From the NCBI RefSeq assembly GCF_006345805.1, contig NC_043002.1:22258001-22322000 (forward strand): a stretch of 64,000 nt of DNA, written 5' to 3'. The DNA is from Octopus sinensis (Eukaryota). The notes under the pieces are model-generated. The model did not search any database and was not told where the DNA came from. It saw nothing but the letters and a program-made list of their open reading frames with translations. This document shows positions 1 through 12,557 of the stretch, in pieces. Every line of letters starts with the position of its first letter. The stretch's first letter is position 1. The position numbers and the translations under genes were made by a program.

Positions 1-50
1 TTCAGCGGAATCTGGAAGTTATTTTCAACAATTTGATCGACCATCTAGAG

Positions 51-800
51 CAGTGATTCCGAACCTAGTTCCATAGACCCTTTTGGGTCCGTATGATTCC
101 TTAGGGTTCGTATAAGATGTTGCTGTTAAAATTTATGTACAATCAATTGATCATACGATTCGAGCTGGCAGAAACGTTAGCACGCTGGGCGCAATGCTTA
201 GTGGTATTTCGTCTGTTTTTACGTTCTGAGTTCAAATTCTGTAGAGGTCGACTTTGCCTTTCATCTTCTCGGGGTCGATAAATTAAGTACCAGTTGCGTA
301 CTGGGGTCGATCTAATCGACTGGCCCCTCCCTCAAAATTTCGGGCCTTGTGCTCATAGTAGAAAAGATTATAATAAGGCGGCGAGCTGGCAGAAACGTTA
401 GCACGCCGGGCGAAATACTTAGCGGTATTTCGTCTGCCGTTACGTTCTGAGTTCAAATTCCGCCGAGGTCCACTTTGCCTTTCATCCTTTCGGGATCGAT
501 TAAATAAGTACCAGTTACGCACTGGTGTCGATGTAACCGACTTAATCCATTTGTCTGTCCATGTTTGTCCTATCTGTGTTTAGCCCCTTGTGGGTACTAC
601 GGAAATAGGTATTTCGTCTGTTTTTATGTTCTGAGTTCAAATTCTGTAGAGGTCGACTTTGCCTTTCATCCTCTCGGGATCGATAAATTAATCACCAGTT
701 GCATAGTAGGGTCGATCTAATTGGCTGGCCCATCCCCCAAAATTTCGGGCCTTGTGCTTAGAAAAGAAAAGAATATACAAAATATTTTAACAATTTATTG
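51..800 (+). mobile_element. hAT-like MITE 5' part, interrupted by a SINE cluster
   Basis: Starts CAGTGATTCCGAAC. Internal aaaatttatgt...caaaatatttt matches the MITE at 4629-5136. Confidence 0.5.
161..774 (+). mobile_element. Tandem cluster of three tRNA-derived SINE units (family S1)
   Basis: A-box-like TGGCAGAAACGTTAG, B-box-like GAGTTCAAATTC and core GCCTTTCATCCTTTCGGGGTCGATAAA. Units at about 161-366, 376-609 and 610-774. Confidence 0.85.
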
Positions 801-1199
801 CTCTTATTCGGGGAAGTTCTGAAAAGTTCTTGGCGTTGGATCAGTTAAGAACTCACCGGGAAGCATCTGACGGAGCATACGAAACGTTCAGTAGGTAGTC
901 GACATTCGTAGCTAACAGTTGCATACTGTCCTTCTCTTCAAGACTCTGAAAGCTTACCATAACGTTTAATCTAGATGTAGTGAAATGTTAAGACTTCCTT
1001 TTTTATGGGCATATATGGGTTAAGGAAGATATATTTGTTATTTTTAGTGGTTGGAACAACCAGAGAGAGACTCTCTTTCTATCCAATTGTTGTTGTTGTT
1101 AGCAGTAGTAGTGGTGAGTGTATGGCTGTGTGGTTATTGTTGCTGTTTATGATAATGATGTTGACGATGATGGCCCGATAGCTTCCTTCCTTAGTTTGT

Positions 1200-1930
1200 T
1201 TCCTTCACCCCTCAACTATTTTCTCTTTCACTCTTCCTCTTTCTCTTTCTATCTCACTCTCTCTCTGTGGTTCTCTCTCATTCTTTTTCTCTTCTCTTCG
1301 CTCTCTCTTTCTATTTTCATATTTGCTCTCACTCTTTCTTCTCACTCTCTTCGCTCTCTCTCTCTCACTCCTTATAACCCCCGCCCCTTATTATTTTCTG
1401 CTCACTATCACTCCATTTCTCTACTACACTCCACTTTCTCTTTCTCATCTCTCTTCTCCCCTTCCTCTTTCTCTCTCTTCCTCTTTCTCTCTCTTCCTCT
1501 TTCTCTCTCTCTTCCTCTTTCTCTCTCTCTTCCTCTTTCTCTCTCTCTCTTCCTCTCTCTCTCTCTCTCCTCTCTCTTCCTCGTTCTTTCTTCTCTGTCT
1601 TTCTATCTCTGGATCATTCGCGCAGTCACAAACATACACACACATACACACTCCTTTTCTCCCCTTCCTCTTACCAATCCCCCACTGCAATACTATATAC
1701 CTCTCCTTTTCGCTAACTCCCATTTCCAAGCTTCAACTTCACCTCACCCTTATCTTTCTCACATTCACACACTAACTCATTCTCTGCCCCTCCTCTCATT
1801 TCACACATACTCTGTCTCCCTCTTTCTCCCCCTCTTCTTTCTTTCACTTTCATATTATCTCAATCCCCTTGTCACTTGCACACACACACACATAACTCTC
1901 CCTACACACACAGACACACACACACTCCTT
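1200..1930. repeat. (CT)-rich polypyrimidine / (CA)n low-complexity tract
   Basis: Directly visible. Explains the 301 aa and 150 aa S/L/F-rich ORFs. Confidence 0.9.
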
Positions 1931-1971
1931 TTTGCTGCCTCAACCCCGCCCCCCTATTCCTTACACTATAG

Positions 1972-2019
1972 GATCTGCGTCACGGGGAGAACCACAGTGT
2001 CACTTGATCGCTCATCCAG
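1972..2019 (+). other. Candidate 48-nt exon
   Basis: Pyrimidine tract, then TAG|G acceptor and CAG|GTGAGG donor, in unique GC/CpG-richer sequence. Two frames are open. Confidence 0.3.
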
Positions 2020-2433
2020 GTGAGGCGGAAGAGGGAGACGATCGGGGGGACTAGCGATGGAGGGGAACTGTCCGGTGGGAAGGGAGGAGTGAGGATGGAT
2101 ATCCACCCCACAACTTTCAACACCCACCTCCGACCAACAGTTTGCCCCACCCCCATCCATCCATCAATACCTCTTCATCGTCATTCACCCACCCATCTCA
2201 TGCCCAACCCTTTATCCCACGAACCCTACTCATGTCCGCCACTAGGCACTGACAAATTAATTAGGGAATAACACGAGTGGTCTGCAGATGGGGTCTTGCT
2301 ATGTATGTATGTATGTATGTATGTATGTATGTATGTATGTATGTATATATATATGTATGCATATATTTGTGTACGTAAACACATATTCGCGTGTATAGAA
2401 TATTACATACATATACAGATACATACATATATA

Positions 2434-2473
<40 letters not shown>

Positions 2474-2504
2474 TATATATAATATATATATATATATATT
2501 ATAT

Positions 2505-2558
<54 letters not shown>

Positions 2559-3587
2559 TACATATATGCATATATACATAGGTATACACATATATATACA
2601 TATAAACATACATATATCAATACATACATATATATACACACACACACATATATATAGATATTTGTGCATATATATATATCCTTGTTGTATATGCAGTTCT
2701 TATACGACGGATATATATATATACTTACATACACACATACATATATCTACATAGCATATTCCATGAAAAGGCATGTGTTTCCCCCCCGACTCCACCACCT
2801 TACGCCACCCAGCTTTCTCTTCCCTGGATCCTCGAATTCAGCGTCAGACATCTTGGCTCAGCAACACGGTTCAAAGGGTCACGTGGGCCTTGTTATTGTT
2901 ACGCTTATTATTGTTGTTTGTTTGTTTGTTTGTTTGTTGTTTGTTTTTTTGTAGTTTGTTGTTATTGTTGTTAGTTTTGGTGATGCTCGTAATGGCGGCG
3001 GTGGTGTGGTGGTGATACTTTTGTTGTTGTTATTGTTTTTGATAGTGTAGTCGTTCAGGCAAGTGTTCTATTGTTGTGTTTGTTAATATTTTCGTCGTGG
3101 TTGGTGTTGATGCTGTTCCGTTTGTATTATCGTTACATATATTGCTGTAATAGTAACTACCGTCCGACTGCTTCTTGTTGATAATATTTATTACCATCGC
3201 TGTTGTTGTTGTTGCTGTTATAGTTATTATTGTTACAAACAGCGGTTCGTGTTACGTTCCTTGTTATAATGGCGTTCTCGTCGTCGTCGTTGTTAGTTTC
3301 CCTTTATTTTTGTTGTTATTTCCCTTATCTTTTTACTTGTTTCACAGTCATTGCACTTTGACCATGCTGGGGCATCGCTTTGAAGAATCTTCAGTCGAAT
3401 GAATTGATCCCAGTACCTTTTTTTTTTCTTTTTTCAATTATCGTTTTTGTTTTTGTAAAACCTGGTACTTATTCTATCAGCCTCTTTTGCTGAACTGCTA
3501 AGTTACGGGTCGTAAACACACCAACACCGGTTGACAAACGTTGGTAGGGACAAACACAGGCACTGACACACACACACACACACACAC

Positions 3588-3620
<33 letters not shown>

Positions 3621-3621
3621 T

Positions 3622-3659
<38 letters not shown>

Positions 3660-3680
3660 ATATATATATATATATATATA

Positions 3681-4253
3681 TCCGTAAATATTAGAGAGCC
3701 AACTTTGAATATGTTAACTCTAAGTTCTAGAAATAGACCCGACCGGTAAAAGTCGCCGACGATAATTCCACATAGAAATAGCACCACAGTCAACGCTATG
3801 AAATTATATTACAACTAAATAATGGATTAATGTTGTACAATCGTTTCTTCATTAACAAAATATGCAGATTATACTTACATAATTGTCTATGATTCGTCAG
3901 CAATATTTGTCAATATAATTGATCAGACCCTTACAAGCGACGATTCTCCTATGGTCTGATGAATTACATTCGGGTTGTAGTTACAAATTTCCCGCCGAAA
4001 GTAAATGCTAAGTGGAAGTGAATACCGCATGTAATATTTACTGCAGCATATCAAATCAATACATTCAATAAGGAGGGTGAATAAAATTATAGATATTAAT
4101 TTAATAATACCCTTATTTTAACACCAAGCGACCTAGCACAAAAAAACCGGGGATACAAATTCATATTTATCCGTAAATATTAGAGAGCCAACTTTGAATA
4201 TGTTAACTCTAAGTGCTAGAAATAGACCCGACCGGTAAAAGTCGCCGACGATA
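3681..4253 (-). mobile_element. Terminally redundant hammerhead-bearing element (Penelope pLTR / retrozyme-like)
   Basis: 84-bp direct repeats at 3681-3764 and 4170-4253 (1 mismatch), flanked by (TA)n, with an internal hammerhead. Confidence 0.7.
3830..3906 (-). ncRNA. Type I hammerhead ribozyme motif
   Basis: Minus strand: ATATTG-CTGACGA-a-TCAT...ATGA-a-GAAAC-gatt-GTA-CAACAT. Confidence 0.7.
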
Positions 4254-4628
4254 TATATATATAATATATATATATATATGTACGACGGTCTTCTTTCAGT
4301 TTCCGTCTACCAAATCTTGTCATAAGGCTTTGGTCTTCTCGAAACTATAACAGAAGACACTTGCTCAAGGACTGAATCAGGTACCATGTAGTTAGGAAGC
4401 CACCATTTTACCACACAGTCACTCCTCTTTATTTTTATGACGTAAAGGTAGGATTCCAAAACACTATTTCTCAAAGACTACAAAGCACCAGTTCCGCTCT
4501 ATAGTCACATTGTCTGGATAGAAACAAAAGCACTCGCAGAAGAGATAAACACAGGACATTGCTCTCTTCTATGATTTATATTCGGAGTTTATTTACACAA
4601 TGAACAAGTAATAATTGATAATATACAC

Positions 4629-5136
4629 CAGTGGTTCTTAATTGATGTCCATATGTCACTTGGGTGGGGGGACATTAAGATGTTATGGCTAAAATTTATG
4701 TGAAATATATTTGTTATAAAGGCGGCGAGCTGGCAGAAACGTTAGCACGCCGGGCAAAATGCGTAGCCGTATTTCGTCTGCCGTTACGTTCTGAGTTCAA
4801 ATTCCGCGGAGGTCGACTTTGCATTTCATCCATTCTGGGTTGATAAATAAAGTACCAGTTTTTCACTGGGGTCTATGTAATCGACTTGATCCCTTTGTCT
4901 GTCCTTGTTTGTCCCCTGTATGTTTAACCCCTTGTGGGTAGTAAAGAAATAGGTATTTGTTATACTTCTACAATACACAAAATATTTTCCTTTTTTCGTT
5001 CATACAATTCCTTATGAAATCTAATCATAAAAATGCCGTAAGACTTCTTTTATATACATCGAATGGCTATGGAGGTACAGTGGAGTAGAATAAGAATCAA
5101 AGGGATCCACAGGCAAAAAATGGTTGAGATCTACTG
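4629..5136. mobile_element. hAT (Charlie-like) MITE
   Basis: Termini CAGTGGTTCTTAA / TTGAGATCTACTG. Degenerate 8-bp TSD atatacac/atgtatac. Confidence 0.6.
4719..4953 (+). mobile_element. Full-length S1 SINE with TSD
   Basis: 11-bp TSD TATTTGTTATA at 4708-4718 and 4954-4964. Confidence 0.9.
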
Positions 5137-5304
5137 ATGTATACAGAAAACAGCAAGAATCAAAACAATGGTGTATATAATTGAAAACTATGGTGTTTCC
5201 TTCGAGAACCAAGGCATTTCGAGCTGGTTGTGTTTTTTCAGTCAAAGCCAGTCAGAATTAATGAAACTAAGCGAGAATTGTGAGTATTATTCTTTTTTCT
5301 TTTA

Positions 5305-6262
5305 TCCTTTTAAATGTTTCAGTGATTTGACTGCAGCCATGCTGGAGCGCTGTCTTTGGTCGAACACATCCACCCAAGGACTTATTGTTTGTAAGCCTAG
5401 TGCTTATTCTATAGGCCCCTTTTGCCAAACCGCTAAGTTACGGAGACGTAAACACGCCAACGTCGGTTGTCAAGCGATGGTGGTGTGACAAACACAGACA
5501 CACAAATACATACACACACACAAGCACATACACACACACGCACGCACACACATACATACATACATACTAAGCATTTTACTCGGAGTGTTAACAATCCTGT
5601 CAGCTCATCGCTTTTAGCTCTTGTAATATTAAAGCGGATCTTTTCGGTTTCAACGGCAGTTTTTAAAAATATTTTCCACGTATTTTTCTCGGACGAGTCA
5701 TCCTTTACCTTATTTCCGACGACTGACCGAGTATACGCGTGGAGACAGCAAAAAGAAGCATTTAACTGCCTTCTTCTAACAGTTAAACATGGAAGGGGAT
5801 CTGGGATGATCTGGGGAGCTATATCTTGGAAATCCGCAGGGCCAATGGTTCTCCTTCATGGCAGAAATAATATTCAAGACTATTTAAGCATTTCATCTGA
5901 TCAAATTTATCCTATGGTTGCGGAACTGTTTCCGCAGGTAAACGCAATCTTTCAGGATGATAATGTACCAATTCACACAGTTAAAGTTGTTACTGAATGA
6001 CACGAGGAACATTCTAGTGAAGTTGAGCATCTTATCTGTCCACCACAGTCCCCAGATCTCAATATTACTGAACATTTATCGTGCATTTTAGAAAAAACAA
6101 GTAAGGAATCTATATCTTCAACCATCATCACTACAAGAACTGGAAACTGTTTTAGCTGAAGAATGGACAAAAATTCCTTTGGAAACAATTCAAACTTTGT
6201 ACGGACTGAACCTGGAACCTTGTGGTTGGGAAGTAAGCTTCTTAACACAGAGCCACCCTGCA
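5305..6262 (-). mobile_element. S2 SINE with its middle replaced by foreign sequence
   Basis: Tail at 5305-5510 and tRNA head at 6202-6262. CORE part absent. Confidence 0.65.
5683..6200 (+). pseudogene. Tc1-like transposase catalytic-domain relic (DD36E spacing)
   Basis: FSDESSF...MIWGAIS...FQDDNVPIH...PQSPDLNITEHL, with an in-frame stop at 5998-6000. Confidence 0.85.
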
Positions 6263-6405
6263 CCTATTGTTTATAGACTTCAGCAGACAAAATATTTGCT
6301 GTGTACTGATGCCTACCAAACTGACAATAATTACTCGTGTGCAAGACGAATAGCGAAAATCAAAACAACGATAATCATATTTATTGTTAATGCATTCCGG
6401 CAGAG

Positions 6406-6682
6406 TGGAAGCACATTGTCTGGTGGTTAGAGCAGCGGACTCGCGGTCGAGGGATTGTGGGTTCGAATGTCAGACCGGGCGGTGTGTGTGTTTATGAGTG
6501 TGTGTGTTTATGCCCAGCTCCGGCAGAAGATAATGCTAACTCTTTCGCCACAACTTTCTCTCACTCTTTCCTCCTGCCTCTTGCAGCTCACCTGCAACGG
6601 ACCAGGTGGGGAACCTATAGGCCAAGAAAACCGGGAAACCGGCCCTTATGAGCCAGACATGGCTCGAGTAAGAACAAACAAG
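6406..6682 (+). mobile_element. tRNA-derived SINE (family S3, tail P)
   Basis: Head TGGTTAGAGCAGCGGACTCGCGGTCG...GGTTCGAAT. Matches 33232-33540. Confidence 0.8.
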
Positions 6683-7080
6683 CATTCCGGTAGATTCGAA
6701 CGCGAATATTCTAATCGCTGCTATATGTCGTCTTGGGAGAACTAGTTTTCTTTTCAGAGGAATGTGAGTTCATAACGTATTCAATTCATTGAGGTAAGAG
6801 AACTTAGAAACAATGCAATATTTCTACCTGGTTGTGTGGCCTCAATGAAAAGATTTCTGATTTTGGCACGAGGTTAGGATTTTTGAGGGGACGAGGGGTT
6901 AATTGATATCATCACTGATACTTTATATTATGTCCACAACCTCAACATGTACCTCTTTCGTCAGCAGTACCACTTCCACTATCACCTCAACTACAATATT
7001 CCCATAGAAGGTTGGCCAGTGTTGAATCCACAACATCGCTTACATCATGGACCAGATCATATGGAAAAGGAACTTGGAGA

Positions 7081-7272
7081 AGTAGTAGCAGTAGTAGTAG
7101 TAGTAGTAGTAGTGGTAGTAGTAGAAGCAGCAGCAGCAGTAGTAGTAGTACTAGTAGTAGTAGTATTAATAGTAGTAGCAGCAGTAGCAGCAGCTGCTGC
7201 AGTTGTAATTGTAGTATTAGTTGTAACTGTAGCAGCAGGATTAGTAGTAGTAGCAGTAGCAGCAGCGGTAGC

Positions 7273-7315
<43 letters not shown>

Positions 7316-7440
7316 TCAGTAGTAGTAGTAGTAGTTGTAGTAGTAGTAGTAGTAGTAGTAGTAGTACGACTACTACTACTACTACTACTGCTATTACTAC
7401 TACTTCCAGTTTCCTTTCCATATGATAGCAGCAGCGGTAA

Positions 7441-7503
<63 letters not shown>
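7081..7503. repeat. Compound (TAG/CAG)n trinucleotide repeat
   Basis: Directly visible. Confidence 0.95.
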
Positions 7504-7811
7504 CGGGAGTGGTGGCGGTGACAGCGTTGGTGATGGTCCAGGCGGTGAGATGGTATATTTTGTGATAGTCGCTGAGGTTGCTGTAATGCTGGTGATGCTG
7601 GTGGTGATCTCCAATTGTTGTTCATGCTGTTGTTGTGGTTCAAATTCTTGCTATTGTTGTATAATCCCTAGAGTGATAATTGTGGTGTTCGTCCATTCAA
7701 TGTTTGGACACAAACATTATGTCAAACCGTCACACTAATGAGTTTCTCCTATTTCGGTTTCTATGCAGGCCTTCTATCCTGTACCGCTTTGTCTCTTTCA
7801 CCCGACTTCTA

Positions 7812-7880
<69 letters not shown>

Positions 7881-7927
7881 TTATGTATCATGTGTGCATG
7901 TGTCCTTTAAATGAATAAATAAATAAT

Positions 7928-8007
<80 letters not shown>

Positions 8008-8121
8008 ATTTATTTATTTAAAGGACACATGTACATATATATATATTATTATTTATTTATTTAAAGGACACATGTATATATATATATATATATATAATAT
8101 ATATATATATTATATATATAT

Positions 8122-8785
8122 ATTACGTTATATAATTAGGGTTCAGTAAAACAATTTACTTTACCACACACCGAACTTTTAGAAATAGCAGCCAAAAATC
8201 ATAGCTATTTCTTCTACTGTAAGAAAAGTCTCCCAGACAATGTATACTCAAAAATAATTCACGCAGGTATAGAGGGAAAAATAACGAAAGATCACACGTA
8301 CATTGATTACTTGAGAACGCCGTTTCTAGATTAGTTGAATATAAAAATCAACATTTCCTTCGTCAGCTCAAGATTTCTTTAGATTTAGATTTGAGAGCAC
8401 TAAAATTCGAACATACCCGTCTCAAATCCAAATCTAAAGAAATCTTGAGCTGACGAAGGAAATGTTGATCTTTATATTCAACTAATCCAGAAACGGCGTT
8501 CTCAAGTAATCTTATGTACGTGTGATCTTTCGTTATTTTTCCCTCTATACCTGCGTGAATTATTTTTGAGTATACATTGTCTGGGAGACTTTTCTTATAG
8601 TAGAAGAAATAGCTATAATTTTTTGGCTGCCATTTCTAAAAGTTCGGTGTGTGGTAAAGTAAATTATTTTACTGAACCCTAATTATATAACGTAATGTTT
8701 TAAATATACCGTAAATGGTCTTTTTACATGCTGAACACTACTTGGTAAAATTAATTAATAATTAATTAATTTTACCCTTTTTTAT

Positions 8786-8788
<3 letters not shown>
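8122..8788. mobile_element. Palindromic hammerhead-bearing element in (TA)n (Penelope-like inverted pLTR)
   Basis: About 275-bp inverted arms at 8122-8396 and 8420-8696, plus an unpaired extension at 8697-8788. Confidence 0.8.
8444..8506 (+). ncRNA. Type I hammerhead ribozyme motif (mirror copy 8310-8372, minus strand)
   Basis: CTTGAG-CTGACGA-a-GGA..GTTGA..TCAAC..TCC-a-GAAAC-ggc-GTT-CTCAAG. Confidence 0.8.
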
Positions 8789-8820
<32 letters not shown>

Positions 8821-9249
8821 TGCATACATACATACATATATACATACACATATACTGACGTGGATATATATATGTAGGCATTCACACAAACACATATATA
8901 TATATGATTAACATAACTAAATATGCCACCGGTTATGGGAAGAAAAATTTACTTATATTCTTTATAGACAATATATAATGTAAATATTCACTTTCTCCTT
9001 AATTTTCAATGAAATTTTCTACTAGGTAGCTGGTATCTGAAACAGATTGAATTTTAAATCATTGAGAAATTTCTGATTATGTCTTTTTAGAATTCATTAA
9101 AATGCAGATATAACTAGAAGAGCTCATAATATATGGTGTAAAACCGTAAACAGGAAAAAGTAAGCGAAATCAACCACGTAAGTCGAACAACGTGTCTGCC
9201 ATATTCCCGACGGCCATGATAAATTTCTTCTAGGTTTGTAATATTGGTT

Positions 9250-9440
9250 TCAAATTTGCACAAGGCCGGGAGCAAGTTGACTACATCGGCTTCTATGCAC
9301 AACTGCTGCTTATTTTATTGACTCCGAAAGGATGAAAAGCAAAGTCAACCTCAGCAGAAGTTGAACTCAGAACACGAAGACGGACGAAATGCTACTAAGC
9401 ATTTTACTCGGAGTGTTAACAATCCTGTCAGCTCATCGCT
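9250..9440 (-). mobile_element. Diverged S1 SINE
   Basis: CCGAAAGGATGAAAAGCAAAGTCAACCTC...TTGAACTCAGAAC. Confidence 0.7.
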
Positions 9441-9463
9441 TTTAGCTCTTGTAATATTAAAGC

Positions 9464-9792
9464 GGATCTTTTCGGTTTCAACGGCAGTTTTTAAAAATAT
9501 TTTCCACGTAACTAAACACTTTTAAACTTCGTATACTGGTAGAATGTGTTTATAAAACATCTTTGTCTCTTGGCTTTATTCAGAAAATTCTATAGTTTGT
9601 AAGATATTTGTTGTTTTTTTCTTCAATTTCTGCAATTTCAGCTAATCAAGAAAAAAAGATACCCTCCCTCCACCCCTAACCCTATCCCTAAAACAGATTG
9701 AAATGCAATAGATCGATACTAGGGTCATAATTATGGGTAACAATTTCATATGACATCGCTAGAAAAAACTGCCTTTCAAACCGAAAAGATCC
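9464..9792. mobile_element. MITE with GG termini and 8-bp TSD (Merlin-like)
   Basis: About 29-bp TIR GGATCTTTTCGGTTTCAACGGCAGTTTTT / AAAAACTGCCTTTCAAACCGAAAAGATCC. TSD attaaagc/attaacgc. Confidence 0.75.
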
Positions 9793-9979
9793 ATTAACGC
9801 TTTTATTTTTACGGTTAAATATTGACAATTCACTCATGTGTAGTGGTATCACGGGCCAGGGGTAGCTTTCAACTTTTTTCTTGCTGGTAAGTACAAATGT
9901 TCAAAAAATGGACGCAAAAACTCCAAAGCGTTTTCCTGTTATCATTATTATTATTATATTATTATTATTATTATTATTT

Positions 9980-10045
<66 letters not shown>

Positions 10046-10070
10046 TATTATATTATTATCATTATTATTA

Positions 10071-10115
<45 letters not shown>

Positions 10116-10120
10116 TATTA

Positions 10121-10155
<35 letters not shown>

Positions 10156-10368
10156 TTGTTAAAAGAGTTCGCAGCTCTGTCTTCTCAAAAGATGCAGGTT
10201 CGAGTCCTAACTGGTAGTCATTAACTCTTTTCGATTTAAAGTTTCTTTTATAGACCCAATATCCTAGACATTGTGTAAACACTCAATCATTTATAAACAT
10301 CTCATTAAAGTGGAAAATATCAGAAACGCCATTCTATTTCATTTCTTTTCAAATACACACACACACAA

Positions 10369-10400
<32 letters not shown>

Positions 10401-10665
10401 AAACACACTTGCGCGCGCGCACAAGTTCTTGATAGTATATTAATGTTGCTAGAAAGATAAATTGGTGAGAAGTAATGGAGTTATCGTCTCTTTATTTATT
10501 TATATACAGATATATATATATATATATAAAAAGCTCTTTGAATCTTTATGAGGAAATGAGATAAAATACTGCTTAAACCCTTTTATCTTGTTTTGTGTGT
10601 TGTCTAGCGCTGGAGAGTAAATAACTGTCTCTTATATACATACGTACATACATATATATATATAC

Positions 10666-10698
<33 letters not shown>

Positions 10699-10717
10699 AT
10701 ATATATATATGTATATA

Positions 10718-10750
<33 letters not shown>

Positions 10751-11641
10751 ATATATATATGTATGTATATATAATATACATATAAATATATATATATGTA
10801 TATATAATATAATATACATATATATATATATATGTATATGTATGTATGTATATATATATTATATACATGTATGTGTATTATATATATATATATGCATGTA
10901 TATATATATATATATATAATATATATATATATATATAATATATATATGTATATAATATATATATGTATGTATATTATATATATGTATGCATATTATATAT
11001 GTATGTACATTTTATATATATATTATATATATGTAAGTATATATATATATATATATGCATAGAAGCGTAGACTTAGATATCAAGAGACATGAATGCCTGC
11101 ATCCATATTCACGTACATATATACATACACACACACACATATGCATTCATATTCATACAAGGCATACACATGTTTACTCGTACGTAGACAAATACATTTA
11201 CGTATAATAACCAGAGAAAAATAAATATTTTTCCAGTATGCAGGATAAAAAATTCTGTTGCTTTAGAATTTGGCAGCTTAAAAAAAACGGTGTCGTTTGA
11301 AATTTCTTTGAATCTTCTTACAGACTTCTCAAATAATGTCTGTCTTGAAGAAGTTTTGTGAATATCTGCCTGGAATATTCAGTGTTAACTTCACAGCAAT
11401 TATGTTTGTCTCCATTGCTTCTTATCTGCTTTCATATATTTTGGGGTCTTTATGACATACTATTTCTCACTGTGGCGTTTGGCTCCCCTCTCTCTTTCTC
11501 TCTTCCAGTCTCTATCTTCCTCTCTTTCTCTCTCCATTTTTCTCCCCCTTTCCATCGTCCTTTTTCTGTCTCGCCATTTCGTTATTAACTGTCTACTCTC
11601 TATAAATCGATTTGTCTTTCTATAAACATATCCGTTTTAAG

Positions 11642-11694
<53 letters not shown>

Positions 11695-11894
11695 TATCTA
11701 TCTAATATCTACCTATCTGCTGTCTGTCTGTCTGCCTCCTGTGTGTCTATTTTCACACACACACTCACACACACCACACACACACACACACACACCACAT
11801 ATATATATATAATATATTATATATATATATATATACATATACATATCCTCGTGTAAAAATATATGTATATGTATGATATGTGTGTGTACATATA

Positions 11895-11938
<44 letters not shown>

Positions 11939-12003
11939 GAGAGAGAGGAAGAGAGAGAGAAAGAGAACAAGAAAGATAAATTATATATATATAAAGTTTC
12001 CTG

Positions 12004-12062
<59 letters not shown>

Positions 12063-12557
12063 TGTACGCGCTTATGTTGTGCATGTGTGTGTGTATGTGT
12101 GTATGTGTGTGTGACTGAAGAAGCTTTGCCTGCGCGGAAAAACCACTCACAAACCTGTAAGTAATATCACTCCGCATATGATTTCTAACGTGTCGAATTG
12201 ATTTCATGAAAACACTTAACACCATGACTACTGCAAAGGTTCATGAAACGTAATATTTTTGACCAAAGACGTCTGAAGTACTTTCGCTGCCAAAGTCCAA
12301 CACCTTTTGTGTATCTGCTTTAAGCTGCATAATTCGTCTCAGAACAAGAGAAAAAAAAGTTTCTTTGTTAAAAACACATGTAACCAAATATTTGGTCTTG
12401 CTGAAAATATTCAGAAGAAAATGAAAAGCTGGTCAAAATATCACCAAGTATACTCAGCTGTTTGTTTAAAACGACTGCCGTTGCTCCTACTACTACTACT
12501 ACTACTACTACTGCTACTGCTGCTGCTGCTTTTGCTACTACTAACAATAATTATCTT

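Larger units (their letters stand above)
3334..4425 (-). mobile_element. CORE-like tRNA SINE (family S2) split at its internal microsatellite
   Basis: Tail at 3334-3570 and CORE/head at 4279-4425 match the full copy at 25312-25720. Confidence 0.75.

Noticed and set aside
3950-4050. Plus-strand CTGATGA...GAAA as a second hammerhead
   Set aside because: Some pairings exist (ATTACAT/ATGTAAT, AGTAAAT/ATTTACT), but the site nucleotide would be G and no stem I partner fits.
9674-9691. CCCTAACCCTATCCCTAA telomere-like repeat
   Set aside because: Only three imperfect units, internal to a MITE.
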